Made by a program: the position numbers and the translations under genes. Below the pieces are notes generated by a model. That model made no database searches. It was not told where the DNA came from and saw only the letters and a program-made list of their open reading frames with translations. Positions 31,296 to 46,626 of a stretch of DNA of 64,000 nucleotides are shown in pieces. Source of the DNA: Eledone cirrhosa. Its lineage: Eukaryota. The stretch is from contig OZ024741.1 of NCBI GenBank assembly GCA_964016885.1, positions 308,760,001-308,824,000 of the forward strand, given 5' to 3'. How positions within the stretch are numbered: position 1 is the stretch's first letter; each line of letters starts with the position of its first letter.

Positions 31296-32640
31296 AGGTG
31301 GATTGACAGTATCGGTAGAAAATCGGACGCCATGCTTTACCGCATAGAGTTACGTCCCTTTACAGTCTGAGTTCAAATCCAGCCGAGGTTAAATTTACTT
31401 TTCATCCTGACGGGGTCGATAAAATGAAGTACCAGTAATGCACTAGGGTAGGTTTAATCGAGCCCCCGCCCCTCCTTCAAATTACTGGCATTGTGCCTAA
31501 AGTAAAAAGAATTATTATTATTATTATTCAGGGCGGTAGAATGGCAGTATTGGTAGTGGGTCGGACATCATGCTTTATACCATATAGTTACGTCCCTTTA
31601 CGTTCAGAGTTTAAATCCAGCCGAGGTTAACTTTGCCTTTCAGTCTTACAGGGTCGACAAAATAAAGTACCAGTAATGCACTGGTGCCTAAATCAGAAAC
31701 CATTATTATTGTTGTGAATTGGCAGTATCGGTAGAGGGTCGGACGCCATGTTTTGACGGCCCTTGCCATTCTGAGTTCAAATCCCGCCGAGGTTAACTTT
31801 ACCTTTCATCCTTACGGGGTCGATAAAATAAAGTACCAGTGATGTACTGTAATAATTGCTGGCCTTGTGCCAATAGTAGAAACAATTATTATTGTTATAG
31901 AATCGTTAGAGCGTCGGACAAAATACTTTCGGTATTTGTTTTGGACCTTTACGTTCTGAGTTTACATCCCGCAGAGGTTAACTTTTTCTTTCATCTTTAC
32001 GGGGTCGATAAAATTAAAGTACCAATAATGCATTGGGGTCGATTTAATTGATTTCCCCCTTCAAATTACTGACCTTGTGCCCAAAATATAAACTATTATT
32101 ATAGGTGGATTGGCAGTATCGGTAGAGGGTCGGACGCCATGCTTTCCAGCATAGTTACGTCTCTTTACAATCTGAGTTCAAATCCCGCCGAGGTTGACTT
32201 TGCCTTTCATCCTTACGGGATCAATAAAATAAAGTACCAGTAATGCACTGGGTAATTGCTGGCCTTGTGCTAAAAGTAGAAACAATTATTATAGATTCTG
32301 GTGGATTGGCAGTATCGGTACAGGGTTGGACGCCAGGCTTTCCGGCATAGAGTTACGTCCCTTTACGGTCTAAGTTCAAATCCCGCCGAGGTTAACTTTG
32401 ACTTTCATCCTTACGGGGTCGATAAAATAAAGAACCAGTAATGTACTGTGTATTTGCTGGTCTTGTGCAAAAAGTAGAAACAATTATAGAATCGTTCCAG
32501 TGTCGAACAAAATGCTTTGGGTATTTATTCCGGTTCCTTGCGTTCTGAAATGAAATCCAGCTGAAGCCACCTTTGGCTTTTTTGCTTCAGTCAAGTTCTG
32601 GGGACAATAAAATCGAGTCTTTCCTCCCCAAAATTGCTAG
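31296..32640 (+). mobile_element. Head-to-tail array of ~7 tRNA-derived SINEs (MetaSINE-like central domain)
   Basis: ~185-230-bp units with A box tggcagtatcggt, B box gagttcaaatcc, core gaggttaactttgcctttcatccttacggggtcgataaaataaagtaccag and (ATT)n tails. Units start at ~31297, 31532, 31716, 31900, 32103, 32299 and 32488. Confidence 0.9.
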
Positions 32641-33479
32641 GACTTAAACTCTGAATGTAAAGACACGCAACTAAGTACCGCAAGCTAATTTATCCGCATT
32701 CCAATTCTTCTGATGAGGTTAAAAGTCCAAAAATATGTAATCACATTTGTTTTATCGAATGAAAGAGAAATATGGCTGGAAGAACATTGTGTCACGATAT
32801 TTCTGGGTGAAAAGAGGTGATGGTCACGGCTGAGCTGGAATTCCTTTGATCATAAACCTTCTCGTTTATGGTTAATTTGGAACAGCATCAACAACAAAAG
32901 CAACGGCAACAGGGATAGAAGAATGAAAGGCTAAGTTCAGCACTCCCGTCAATGAGGGTCATGAACTCAGGATCAAAATCAGATGAGTGTTTATCAGAAG
33001 GGACTGGCAGAATTGGTAGAGCATCGGTTAAAATGTCATTGTAGTGTTTGTTCTGACTCTTTATATTTTGAGTTCAAATACCGCCAAGGTTAACTATATC
33101 TTTCGTCCTTCTGGGGTTGATAAAATAAAGTACCAATCAAATAGTGGATTGATAATATGCCTAAATTAGAAATTGTTGAGACTGATGCAATTAACCTTCC
33201 ACTTAAAATATTACTAATCGATGTCTATAAGAAAGATAAGATCAAGGAGAAAATTCGGTCGCTGGCCAATGGCAACTTATTTTTCTGTTTTTTAATGGCC
33301 TTCGACCTATTATATAAGCTATTTTAGAGCATCTCCGCGGAAGAGAACATCATTCTTTATATTAACTTTATCTTCTCAGCGCTTCAAGAGTCTGTGAGAG
33401 GGACTACACGTATCCATAATGTTTCCTTGTTTATATATATATATAGAGAGAGAGATAGATAGATATGTCATATACATAT

Positions 33480-33760
33480 ATTCATATATATATATATATG
33501 TATATATATGTATATATATATGTATATATGATATATATATATTCATATATGTATATATGATATATATATATTCATATATGTATATATGATATATATATAT
33601 ATTCATATATGTATATATGATATATATATATATTCATATATGTATATATGATATATATATATATTCATATATGTATATATGATATATATATATTCATATA
33701 TGTATATATGATATATATATATTCATATATGTATATATGATATATATATATTCATATATC
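33480..33760. repeat. ~28-30-bp minisatellite (tatattcatatatgtatatatgata)
   Basis: Directly visible tandem units. Confidence 0.9.
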
Positions 33761-33788
33761 TATCTATATATATATATATATATATATA

Positions 33789-33850
<62 letters not shown>

Positions 33851-33943
33851 AAGCTTCTACAGGACTGGAACTGTTTAATTCGTGAGAATTGTGTACCTTA
33901 CTTACTGTGGTTACTCCGGGTTGAACCCGGAGTAACTTATCTA

Positions 33944-33981
<38 letters not shown>

Positions 33982-34743
33982 TAGTAAATACATATATGTC
34001 ATTATGTTCTAATGATTGCAAAGCGAACTCCTTAAACATGCTATGTTCACTGTATATACAATAATTGTTTCTACTTTAGGCACAAGGCCAGCAATTAACC
34101 AGTGCATTACTGGTACTTTATTTTATCGACCCCGTAAGGATGAAAGGCAAAGTCAACCTCGGCGGGATTTGAACTCAGATCGTAAAGGGACGTAACTATG
34201 CTGGAAAGCATGGTGTTTGACCCTCTACCGATACTGCCAATCCAAATAATACATACATACATACACAGAGAAAAATAGCTATGTATGTATGTATGTATGT
34301 ATGTATGTATGTATGTATGTATGTATGTATGTATGTATATATGTATGTATGTATGAATGCATGTATGTATGTATGTGAGAGGGAGAAAGAGAGAAGAGAA
34401 AGAGACAAACAGAGTAAGCAAACTGGACAGCGATGATAGAAGTAAAAAGAGAAGAAAACAAAAAAACCCAAACAAGATATTTGTGTCGACTAAAGAGACG
34501 CTGAGTAGTTAGGAATTCCAGAGAGACATTTAAAGTGGAGTGTCATCCATCAAGGGTGTGGATATATATGTACACAAACCTGTGTGTGTGAGGGAGAGAG
34601 AGTGGGGCGAGAGGGGTGGTCATGGGGAGAGAGGGGGAGAGAGGGGCAGGGGCAGAGAGAGGGAGATAGAGGGAGGGAGAGAGGGAGGGGCAGAGAGAGA
34701 GGGAGAGAGAGAATGTGAGAGTGTGTGTGTTTAATTATCTATA

Positions 34744-34783
<40 letters not shown>

Positions 34784-35558
34784 GACACACACACACGTGT
34801 ATCTATATACATATATGAGTATGTCCATATGTATATACTTGATGTAATTTGCTGTTCTTTATATTGAGTGATGTCTTGAGGCAATATGTGTATGTGTATA
34901 TGAAATAACGAAGTTTCACATTAAAAAAATGTTATTCCATATGAAACGTTACATATGTTTCACAGATGGTTGGCTCGAGATCTTTATCGATGTGACAGAC
35001 CTCAATCCAGTTTCGATCTGCAGAAAATGAGAGGTGTCAATCGTATGTGTGTATATGTGTGCTTCTACGATCGATGGACTTCAGTCGGTTTCGACGATGA
35101 ATGTTCCATTTGTTCGATCAATAGAACTGTCTGCTTCTAAAATTAACGTATAAGTTGGCTGAGGGCGGTGGGTGACTGTTGCAGCGGGTGTCGCTGACCA
35201 TTTTCTGTGGGAATGCCTTTGCTATTTTGTCCGCAGGGCGCAACCGAATCACCGCTCTGACCTAGATGTAGACTCTGCACGCTAGAGTATGTCCCCCTCT
35301 CCTCTTCCTCCTTTCTTTCTTTCGTTGCCTAATAATCCTTGCCCTTTCCCTCCTTTTCCTCTCATTTATAGCATCTATACAGCTACATTCTTTCTCTATA
35401 TCTTTGACTAAATATTAAATTATTTATTATTTTAATGTAATTTTATCCTGAGTATTTTGAAATAAAATAATTGTATCTTTAATAGTTGGTATACAGTGCT
35501 GTTGTTTGAAAGAAAAATTTCTTAGGGTTAAAAGAAAAAAATTAACGTAATTCTCAGG

Positions 35559-35727
35559 CAGTGCCGGATTTAGGCCAAATGAGGCCCTGTGCTAGTTAAG
35601 TTATGAGGTCCCATACTTGGGCCCTGAAGGAGATAAAAACATTTTTTGGTAGGAAGATGTACCCCTCCCCTGGTCAACGGGGCCATGTGCTTAAGCAAAC
35701 CTAAGCAAAATGGTAAATCCGGTACTG
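35559..35727. mobile_element. hAT-type MITE
   Basis: TIRs cagtgccggattta / taaatccggtactg and an 8-bp TSD ttctcagg. Confidence 0.88.
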
Positions 35728-36480
35728 TTCTCAGGTTGGTTCAGTGTGACATAGTACGTGGCAAGGCTAAATTATAGATCAGTGAAACTGACTGACTTTC
35801 GAAACTTGGTTTCCATCTACTTAGTTACACTCACTAGACATGGATCGACCCGAAGCTATGGTTAATGATACTTGTCCAAGATGACACGCAGCTGGATCGA
35901 AACCAGGACTTTATGATTGCGAAGCAAACTCCTGAAAAAAATTCGACTATGCAAGCTTCCACTCAACATACTTAATACGAAATGTGTGTTCCATACCTGT
36001 CAACTCTCCCCGCCCGGCGGGGAGATCTCCTACCCACTTTGGGGTGGGTGAGAGGTGCCATCTCTTAAGAAAATGGGTTTAGCTTTCATTATGTAAAATC
36101 CCGCCGAGGTTAACTTTGCCTTTCATCCTTACGGGATCGATAAAATAAAGTACCAGTAATGTACTGGGATAATTGCTGGCCTTGTGCCTAAAGTAGAAAC
36201 AGTTATGTAAAACCTCCCCATTTTGCGCCATTTCTCCCCGTTTTGAGGTACTTTTTTCCATGGTACTCCCCGTTTGGGTTTTTTAGAGGCAGTGCTTTAG
36301 TCATAGATCGTGGTTTGCTGCGGTTGTGTGTGTATGTATGTACATGTATATATATATATATATATACACACGTACATACATAGAGAGAGAGATACATATC
36401 TCTATACCCACCCACTCTGAATCTCCCCATGCATTGAGTACTGCCAATATTAGTGGTCTCACCGACCTCAGCACCGCAGA

Positions 36481-36591
<111 letters not shown>

Positions 36592-36719
36592 TGTATGAGT
36601 ATTTCAGGGGGTACGTGTAGGTAATTAACTTTCTGAGTGCGTATATATAATTATGTATGTGTGTCTGTACGTATGTATGTTTGTGTGTCGGTGATATACC
36701 TAATTTTATAAATATATAC

Positions 36720-36757
<38 letters not shown>

Positions 36758-36951
36758 CTTCACTTTGTAATCTACAGTCTGTTACACTCACAGATAAAAA
36801 TACAAACACAGACCTAAACATATACACAGGAACACACATACAGACACACACATAGACACACACAGACATTAACAACGCATCCTATCACTTGAATCTGTTA
36901 AAGCTTTTATATGTATTTATCCACAGAAGTCGATAACATAGATAGATATAC

Positions 36952-36986
<35 letters not shown>

Positions 36987-37126
36987 GGAGGAGAGAGAGA
37001 GAAATAATAGACAGACAGAAAAATAGAAGGTAGACTGTTTGATAGGTATGATAGGTAGATAGAGAAAGATAGAAGGAGAGGGGAATAAAGAAGGAAGAAA
37101 TAGAGAAACTGTCAGGGAGGGAAAAT

Positions 37127-37183
<57 letters not shown>

Positions 37184-37734
37184 CACACATATGTATGTAT
37201 ATATTATGTTTATATATATATATATAATATATATATATTTTTTTTTGTTTTTTTGTTCTAGCGTCAGTCATTATACTATAGCCAGGCTGCGTCCCCTCCT
37301 TGATTTTAACCGGCCATACCGACTCCAGTAACATTATTTTTCAAGTCTTCTTTTATCGATCCCTTTTTTGGAACTGCTGTATTACAGGGCATAAACACAG
37401 ACGCAAACGTAAACACACACAGCCCCCTTCCACACACACACATACACACACATACACACACATACACACACACATACACACACACAAATATAAGCGACGG
37501 GCTTTCTTAGTTTCCGTTAACTAAATTTCATTCACAAGGCACTGGTCAACATGAGGCCAAGGTGCTGTACGACGGCACTGAACCCAGAATCACATGGTTG
37601 CGAAGCGAACTCCTTAACCTCAAGGGAAAATCCTGGAAGGGCTGGCACCAAACTTCGGCTTTAAGAGCTATTACACCAATCCCCGAACTTGTTGCCACTG
37701 CATAGTACAAAGTTCCTACCCGCTTCCTCTACAG

Positions 37735-38423
37735 CAGCGTTTCTCAAGCTTTCTTGGAACCCTTGAAATAGTTTTCATGTTTAGGGGAATCTCTGCATAA
37801 AAATTGTTATATCTTCTAGGTCCCCTTCGGTTTTTCACCTGGAAAGTTCTCCTCCGAGACAGAAGTTAGGGCAAGGTGTGTTTGTGGAAGACCAACAGTT
37901 GCCCATACATACCAATCTCCCATCTCCACGCCACCGATGTTGTCTTAAGGAAAGGCAATGGCTGATAAGCTTGACACCAGTCACGTCGCAACTCATTTAA
38001 ACAGCTGGATGGACTGGAACAACGTGAAATAAAGTGTTTTGCTCAAGAACACAACACACCACCTGGTCCGAGATTCGAACTCACAACCTTACGATTGGGA
38101 GCTCATTACTCTAACCACTAACCCACGTGCCTTCATAATGATTTTCCAACAATATGCCGTATGTGTATAGTAAAATTACGAACATAAAATTAAACAAGGA
38201 GTTCTGTGAGAAACAGTGATAAAATTACTCAAAAATGTATCAGCTTATTTATCATTGTTTAATATCGATGGTCCCATGTTTGTCCCTATATGGGACCATC
38301 GATATTAAACAGTGATAAATAAGCTGATACATTTTTGAGCAATTTTATCACAGTTTCTCACAGAACCCTTAACGACCTCTTGCGAAACCCTAGGGTTCGG
38401 GGAACACAGGTTGAGAAACCCTC
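37735..38423. mobile_element. Old hAT/Charlie-like MITE with a nested SINE and an internal palindrome
   Basis: Ends cagcgtttctcaa...ttgagaaaccctc; ~77-bp inverted arms at 38201-38366. Confidence 0.55.
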
Positions 38424-39259
38424 GTCTTGAGTAAAGACACTGCTACGTTGCTGTTGTATCTCTGTCAGATCAGACAACCAGTGTCTACTGAACAGCCTTC
38501 TCATGGAATTAACGAGCAAGTGACTGAGCATTCTACAGACACGTAGTTCTAGGGGAGATTCAGCAAGACACATCGTATGACATCGCTGGCCTTTTGAATT
38601 ACAGGTACAACACATCTTTTGGCAGCAGAGTGAACTAGAGCAATGTGAAAAAGGTGTCTTGCTCAAGGATATAGTGCACCACCGTGTATCGAACTCACGA
38701 CCTTACGATCGTGAGCCGAACGCACATAATGGCTAAGCCAGACGCCTCAATCATAGGGTTAAAAAAGTCATCAAATTTTCAATATCCTGCCGAAATCAAT
38801 GAGATATACATGGAGTGGATTTAAATGTCTTCAAGAATCACCAGGACCTTTCTTTATTTGAGATACTAGATAAGTCAACACGAGGACAAAAAACGTAAAT
38901 GAGGACAGCAGTATCAAACGCCTTCATTTATGAAATGCCAACCAGAGAGGTAAAGCTGTGGATAGTGTAGTAATAATGATGGCGGAAAACTAGTATAGCC
39001 GCAGTGTCGCGGCTTGGAGCAGATAAAAGAGCAGAGAGGGAAAGCAGGAACCGACACACAATGAAGAGTATCATAATTGGTACAAGACCAGGAATTTGGG
39101 AGAAGGGGAAAGTAGACGACATCAACTCCAGAATGTGACTGGTACTCTAGTTTACCGAACCCGGAGGAATGAAAGGCAAAATTGATCTCAGCAGGATTTG
39201 AACTCAGAAAATAAAGAGCGAAGAGCAGATCAATGATTGAGAAATGACAAACGGTTAGG

Positions 39260-39318
<59 letters not shown>

Positions 39319-39510
39319 TTATATATATGTGTGTGTGTGTGTGTTTAGCCCGGGTTCAATCTGGAGTAACCACAGTAAGTAGGGTACTCAATACATTTTC
39401 TCCCGAATGAAACAGGTCTAGTCCTTTAGATGCCATTTCTAAATATAGCTGGGTGTGTAAATGTACATCTACTTGTACATCCATACATATATAGAAACAC
39501 ATACACACAA

Positions 39511-39565
<55 letters not shown>

Positions 39566-39646
39566 AACATACACACACACACACATATGTGTGTGTGTAT
39601 GTGTGTATGTATGTATGTATATACGTATGTATATATATGTATATCC

Positions 39647-40055
39647 GGGAGAGATGACCCCTTAGCCTTTGTCAAGGCAGAATTCTAGGAGAAGGAAAAC
39701 TCTGATATAACACCTGCAACCCTGATGGTATCCAATGATGTTGACTTGTTCTTCTTTTTGGTAAATATCATCTTGGTTAAGAGAGAGGGACTGGCTTTGT
39801 GCAGTGCCTTTGCTCACTATAAAAGCTTCACGGCACAGGCATTGCTTTATATCTGGAGATCTCTCTGCACTTGTCGTCACATGGTAGCATGGGCCCAGCA
39901 CTGTGTCAATAATTGTCGCAAGTGTAGTGTCTGTACCAGAGTTTTCAAGTCGCTGGCTGGACTAAAAAGTCAAACTTGTTCAGCGCATCGGTAGGGGTTC
40001 TCCTACATGGATATAAAGTAGTGGCCGTACTCGAAAACGAGTTGGCAGCCACCAT
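39647..40055 (+). mobile_element. Non-autonomous bipartite RTE derivative, second copy
   Basis: The 3' part translates as CSVCTRVFKSLAGLKS, matching the final finger of the 56296 RTE (CRLCARHFRSLAGLKSH). Confidence 0.75.
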
Positions 40056-40327
40056 ATATATGTATATATCGAGCGTGATTAGTAATAGTCTATAGTGGTG
40101 TTTATGATCATTATACTGATGATGGACGACACCATAAATAACAGCAGCCATGTTTATATTGCCGTTCTATATCGTCTGACACAAGACAACAACAGGAGGT
40201 AATCGTGCGGTTTGTATTTCTCTCTAACTACATATTTCTCTATATAATTATCTATCTATCCCGCTATCTATTTATTTCATTGACTGGGTGGCTGGCTGCC
40301 TGACTGTCTAGGTGACTATCTATCTAG

Positions 40328-40363
<36 letters not shown>

Positions 40364-40537
40364 ACACACAACACACATACATACATCATACGTACATAGA
40401 TACAACATACCTATATACATACATATATTAGTATATATATATCATATATATATTTATATATATATATATGTATGTATTTGTATGTAGGTATGTATGTATG
40501 TATGTATGTATGTATGTATGTATGTATGTATGTATGC

Positions 40538-40598
<61 letters not shown>

Positions 40599-41083
40599 AG
40601 TCAGGACCCCGACGGCTGAGCTCTGGACGTTTGAGTACTCTGGTGCGTTATGGTCCACCTGGTTCCTTACCACACTTTCTTCGTTTTGTATATATATATG
40701 TGTGTGTGTATGCATGTATGTATATATATATATATATATATATAACAAAGGAAATGTGGTAAGGAACCAGATAGACCATAACGCACCAGAGTACTCAATA
40801 CTTAGGGTAGTAGAGTGGGAAATAGGAAAAAGTATGACCCCGACGGCAGAGCTCAAGCTGTTTCGACGGCTATTTCTGGACAGTCTATATATATATATAC
40901 AGATATTCTATCACACAAAATAGATAATCTATCTTCTGTCTGTCAATCTCTGTGGGTGTATCTAGGCTTATCTATCTACCTTCTTCATTATCACCTTATT
41001 TTGGCCTCGAATATGGAAATCGATTTAATATGTCACTAAAAAAAATGTTTTAAAGAGTGTTTAAATACACATACATAAATATT

Positions 41084-41114
<31 letters not shown>

Positions 41115-41389
41115 CATATATACATATACATATATATACATATACATATATACATATATATATACATATATACATATATATATACATACATATATACACA
41201 TACATATATATATATATATATATACATACATACATACATATATATATACATACATATATATATACATACATACATATATATATACATATATATATACATA
41301 TATATATACATATATATATACACATATATATACACATATATATATATATACATATATATTACATATATATATATATACATATATATTAC

Positions 41390-41434
<45 letters not shown>

Positions 41435-41499
41435 CATTAATTATACATATATATATATATACACACATATATATACATTAATTATACATATATATATAT

Positions 41500-41555
<56 letters not shown>

Positions 41556-42129
41556 TTAATGGAAAAGAAACAGCTTTTAAGGATTCCCAACATCTTGTTT
41601 AGTCAAAACTAAGAAAATATCTCCATTTATAAATCTTTGTGTATATATATATGTGTGTGTGTGTGTATACATACATATATATATATATACATACATATAT
41701 ATCTATATACATATATATATATATATATATATACACATACATACATACAATGTTATTCCTAAAGCCACATGCAACATCTTTCCCAAGTAGCATGTCTGAA
41801 TATGTAAAACTATAGGCATCTGTGCTTTTGCCTACTCAATATGTGAATGTGAATTTATACGTCAGTATTAACAAATACACGTACATATATAATATATAGA
41901 TATTCACAAACATGCAAATATATATATATATACACAGACACACACACACACACACACGCGCGCGCACTCATACACACACACACACGTACTTAATCCATAT
42001 TTTCTTGTTGATTCGATGACAAACATGGAGCCATGTATGTGCCTATGTATGCTGACATACTCATACTGCAGTCCTTCAGAGAACTATATTGTAGGTATGT
42101 ATGTATTTGTATGAATGTATGTGTGTCTG

Positions 42130-42243
<114 letters not shown>

Positions 42244-42429
42244 TTTTTTTATAGAAATGATTTCTAGAGTACAAGAATGATGACTTCTTACGAATGAAAC
42301 AGTTCTAGTCCTGTAGAAGTCATTTCTATAAAATGAATATAGCTATACTCTACTAACGTAATGAGTACCTTGAGTACCCTGACAGTGGTCGCTTCCCGAT
42401 TTATATCGCGATCCTACACACACATATTC

Positions 42430-42483
<54 letters not shown>

Positions 42484-42989
42484 GTGTGTGTGTGTGAGAA
42501 GAGAGAGAGAGGGGAGCAAACAGACTACTATTAACATTTACACTCACACACACACTCACACTCGTGTGTGACATATAAACCTTGCCTTAGCGGATTACGC
42601 ATTCAATATTAAAACTCGACGACCACAACTTACGAGGACAACGTTTACTACGACATTAGCAATAACAACAACATTCTGGAACCAATGTGTGTGTTTCTGG
42701 CGTGGAAACTGACCATACTAGATATAGTAACAGCCAAACGAATCTTGCTCAAATACCGACTACCATCTTTAAATAGATAAATAAAACTGAATAGAATAGT
42801 ATAGATATATATTGGTTGATAATATAAACCCAGGAAAAAATGGATTGGTCACGGCTAGAATGTCTTTGATGGTAAAGAGTGCTCAAAGAGGGGTTCGGCC
42901 TAGGGTTAAACATCAACAAATACTTGTGTTGCAACAGTTACAATAACTATAATCACTACAACGACGATAAATATTCTCATATTTAGAAA

Positions 42990-43024
<35 letters not shown>

Positions 43025-43333
43025 AATGGCATGGATGTCACTATATATATATACATATATAGAGAGAGAGATAAAGGGAAGATGAAAACAATAAACGGAC
43101 AGACAGAGAGAGAGTAGACTAGACAGAATACAGGCACAACACAGTAACAATGTTGGTGGTGGTGGCGATGGTGATGGTGATGGTGATGGTAATGAGGATG
43201 ATAAGCATTTTTTAGTACGTTGATACATGTCTATATAGTTGTATGAATAACCTCAGTATATGGCTGGTACTTCTTTTTTTTATCTCGGAAGATTGAAATG
43301 CAAAGTTTATCCCTGAAATAACTCGGAGAGTAG

Positions 43334-43391
<58 letters not shown>

Positions 43392-43555
43392 AAATAAAAC
43401 AAGGACGGGTGGTTACTCCTTCATTACGTTTATTCCCTGGATATACACATATATAGATGTGTGTGTGTGTGTGTTTATCCCGGGTTCAATCGGGGGTAAC
43501 CACAGTAGGTAAGGTACTCATTAAATAGCAGAGTATAAATATTTAATATAGAAAT

Positions 43556-43603
43556 GGCTTCTACAGGACTAGAACTGTTTCATTCGGAAGAAATCATCAG
43601 AAA
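43556..43603 (-). ncRNA. Hammerhead ribozyme (GUA site), family A
   Basis: Minus strand reads ttt-CTGATGA-t ttc ttcc gaa t-GAAA-cag ttctagtc ctg-TA-gaagcc. Degenerate copies at ~13472-13520 (-), 20480-20575 (inverted pair), 33852-33885 (-), 39400-39435 and 42277-42322. Confidence 0.7.
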
Positions 43604-43627
43604 TATATATATATATATATACAGTAT

Positions 43628-43949
43628 ATGATGGCTGCCCCCTCGTTATCGAGTATGGCCACTGCACGATATACCATTATTAATTAATTCTATCGTGAAA
43701 TGCCTATGCGTGAAGATATATGTTTAAAGTGAGGAAAGACTGTGCACTGAGCCAATCCCACTCTCTGAGCGGCAGTAGCTATAACCCGAAAAGAAGAAAA
43801 GAACATCATCGGTGACTACCGAGCTGCAGGTTTTATATCGGAATTATCCCAGTTTCCTGAGTTGCCTTCTCCTAGGAGAATGCCCTGACAAAGGCTAGGG
43901 GTCCTTCACTCACAGTGGTTTAACCGCGCGATCGGGTGTCCAGCCCGAC

Positions 43950-43950
<1 letters not shown>
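43628..43950 (-). mobile_element. Related short RTE derivative
   Basis: Same 5' motif (cctaggagaagg). Its 3' end tatcgtgcagtggccatactcgataacgagggggcagccatcat also occurs at 1-60 (+) and 55891-55932 (-). Confidence 0.7.
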
Positions 43951-44015
<65 letters not shown>

Positions 44016-44488
44016 CATATATAAATATATATATATACATATATATATATGTATATATATGTCTATATATATATATATATATATATACACACAGAAATAT
44101 CCACGGTTAGTTGTGGTGTCTTGTCTGCATGAAGAACTCAATGTAATCCATATGTTGAAAATGTTGTAGCTTAAAATAAATCCTGGAAAACAATAAAACA
44201 TCAAAAGGAAAACAGAGTCATGATATAAGTTAAAACAATGAAATAAAAATTCAAGTCATTAGAAATATATATATATTTCTAATGACTTGAATTTTTATTT
44301 CATTGTTTTAACTTATATATATATATATATGACCGTGGGAAGATGAATTATGAACTGGGTTTGGAAGGCGGATATATATAAGTCGATAACGGAAGGCTGA
44401 CATACATGCATAAAAGAATCGACCCTAGGAGTAAATATATGTCGAATTTGGGAAGAGGAAATATATATGACCAGCCTGAAAGAAAGAA

Positions 44489-44955
<467 letters not shown>

Positions 44956-44962
44956 TTTTAAT

Positions 44963-45022
<60 letters not shown>

Positions 45023-46128
45023 AGAAGTAGTTGTTTGGGTGTTGGGCTCATGGTCATAAGATCGTGAGTTCAATTCTTGGAACACCTGCACTGGATAGCA
45101 ACATGTATTCTTGCTTTTCATAAGACTGGGGGCCCGATCATTAAAACACACGAACATCCTCATATGAGTGGCATCCTTGTAAGAGTCTAGCTAATACTGC
45201 ATGTGTGTGAGCTGTAAGAAAATGAGTGTGTGTATGTATGTATGTATGTATGTATGTATGTATGTATGTATGTATGTATGTATGCATGCATGTATGTAGG
45301 TAGGTATGTATATATGTATGTATGTAGGTAGGTATGTATATATGTATGTATATATGCATGTATGTATGTATGTATGTATGTATGTATGTATGTAGGTATG
45401 TATGTATGTATGTATGTATGTATGTAGGTATGTATGTATGTATGTATGTATATATGTATGTATGCATGTATGCATGTATGTATATATGCATGTATGTATG
45501 TATGTATGTATGTATGTATGTATGTAGGTATGTATGTATGTATGTATGTATGTATGTATGTATGTAGGTAGGTATGTATGTATGTATATATGTATATATG
45601 TATGTATGCATGTATGCATGTATGCATATATGTATGTATGTATGCATGTATGTATGTATTTATACATGTATGCACATATATATATATATATATATGTAAA
45701 ATGTAAACAGATATCCCCCGGAAGAAAATGAGTGAAGTCTGGAAAGAGAACGTAGAGTTAATATGAGTGGAATGAAATATATATATATATAATATCGACC
45801 TCAGAAACTTGAAATGTACTGCAGATAACCCCGTCCCTTTCAATAAACGTTTGACTCAAAAAATATCATACAAAATTTTAGTGGATGGGGACAGAGTGAA
45901 TTAATATCGAAGCTTGGTAGATTACTGTCAATCGATCTTGGAGAACATTGAAAAACATACGTAATAATTATGGTAGCAATATGGAAGGAATATGTCTGTG
46001 TTTATGTCTAAGTGCGTAAGTGCTTATGTCTAAATGTATGTATGTTTATATCTATACGTATGTGTGTTTTGTATTTTCATGTCTATATGTATGTGTATAT
46101 ATTGTACGTGTTTATCTATATGCGCACG

Positions 46129-46346
<218 letters not shown>

Positions 46347-46352
46347 TGTATG

Positions 46353-46383
<31 letters not shown>

Positions 46384-46410
46384 ATGTATATATATATGTA
46401 TATGTATATA

Positions 46411-46473
<63 letters not shown>

Positions 46474-46474
46474 G

Positions 46475-46505
<31 letters not shown>

Positions 46506-46540
46506 GTATATATGTATATATATATGTATATATGTATATA

Positions 46541-46626
<86 letters not shown>

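Noticed and set aside
31296-32640. CRISPR-like regular repeats
   Set aside because: Units are ~200-bp SINEs with pol III boxes and no unique spacers; there are no cas genes and the context is eukaryotic.
33890-33940. Twister ribozyme or SECIS in family A tails
   Set aside because: Hairpins are present, but I could not place the twister core and pseudoknots or the SECIS AUGA/GA quartet.
39252-39263. Telomeric TTAGGG
   Set aside because: Only a single unit.
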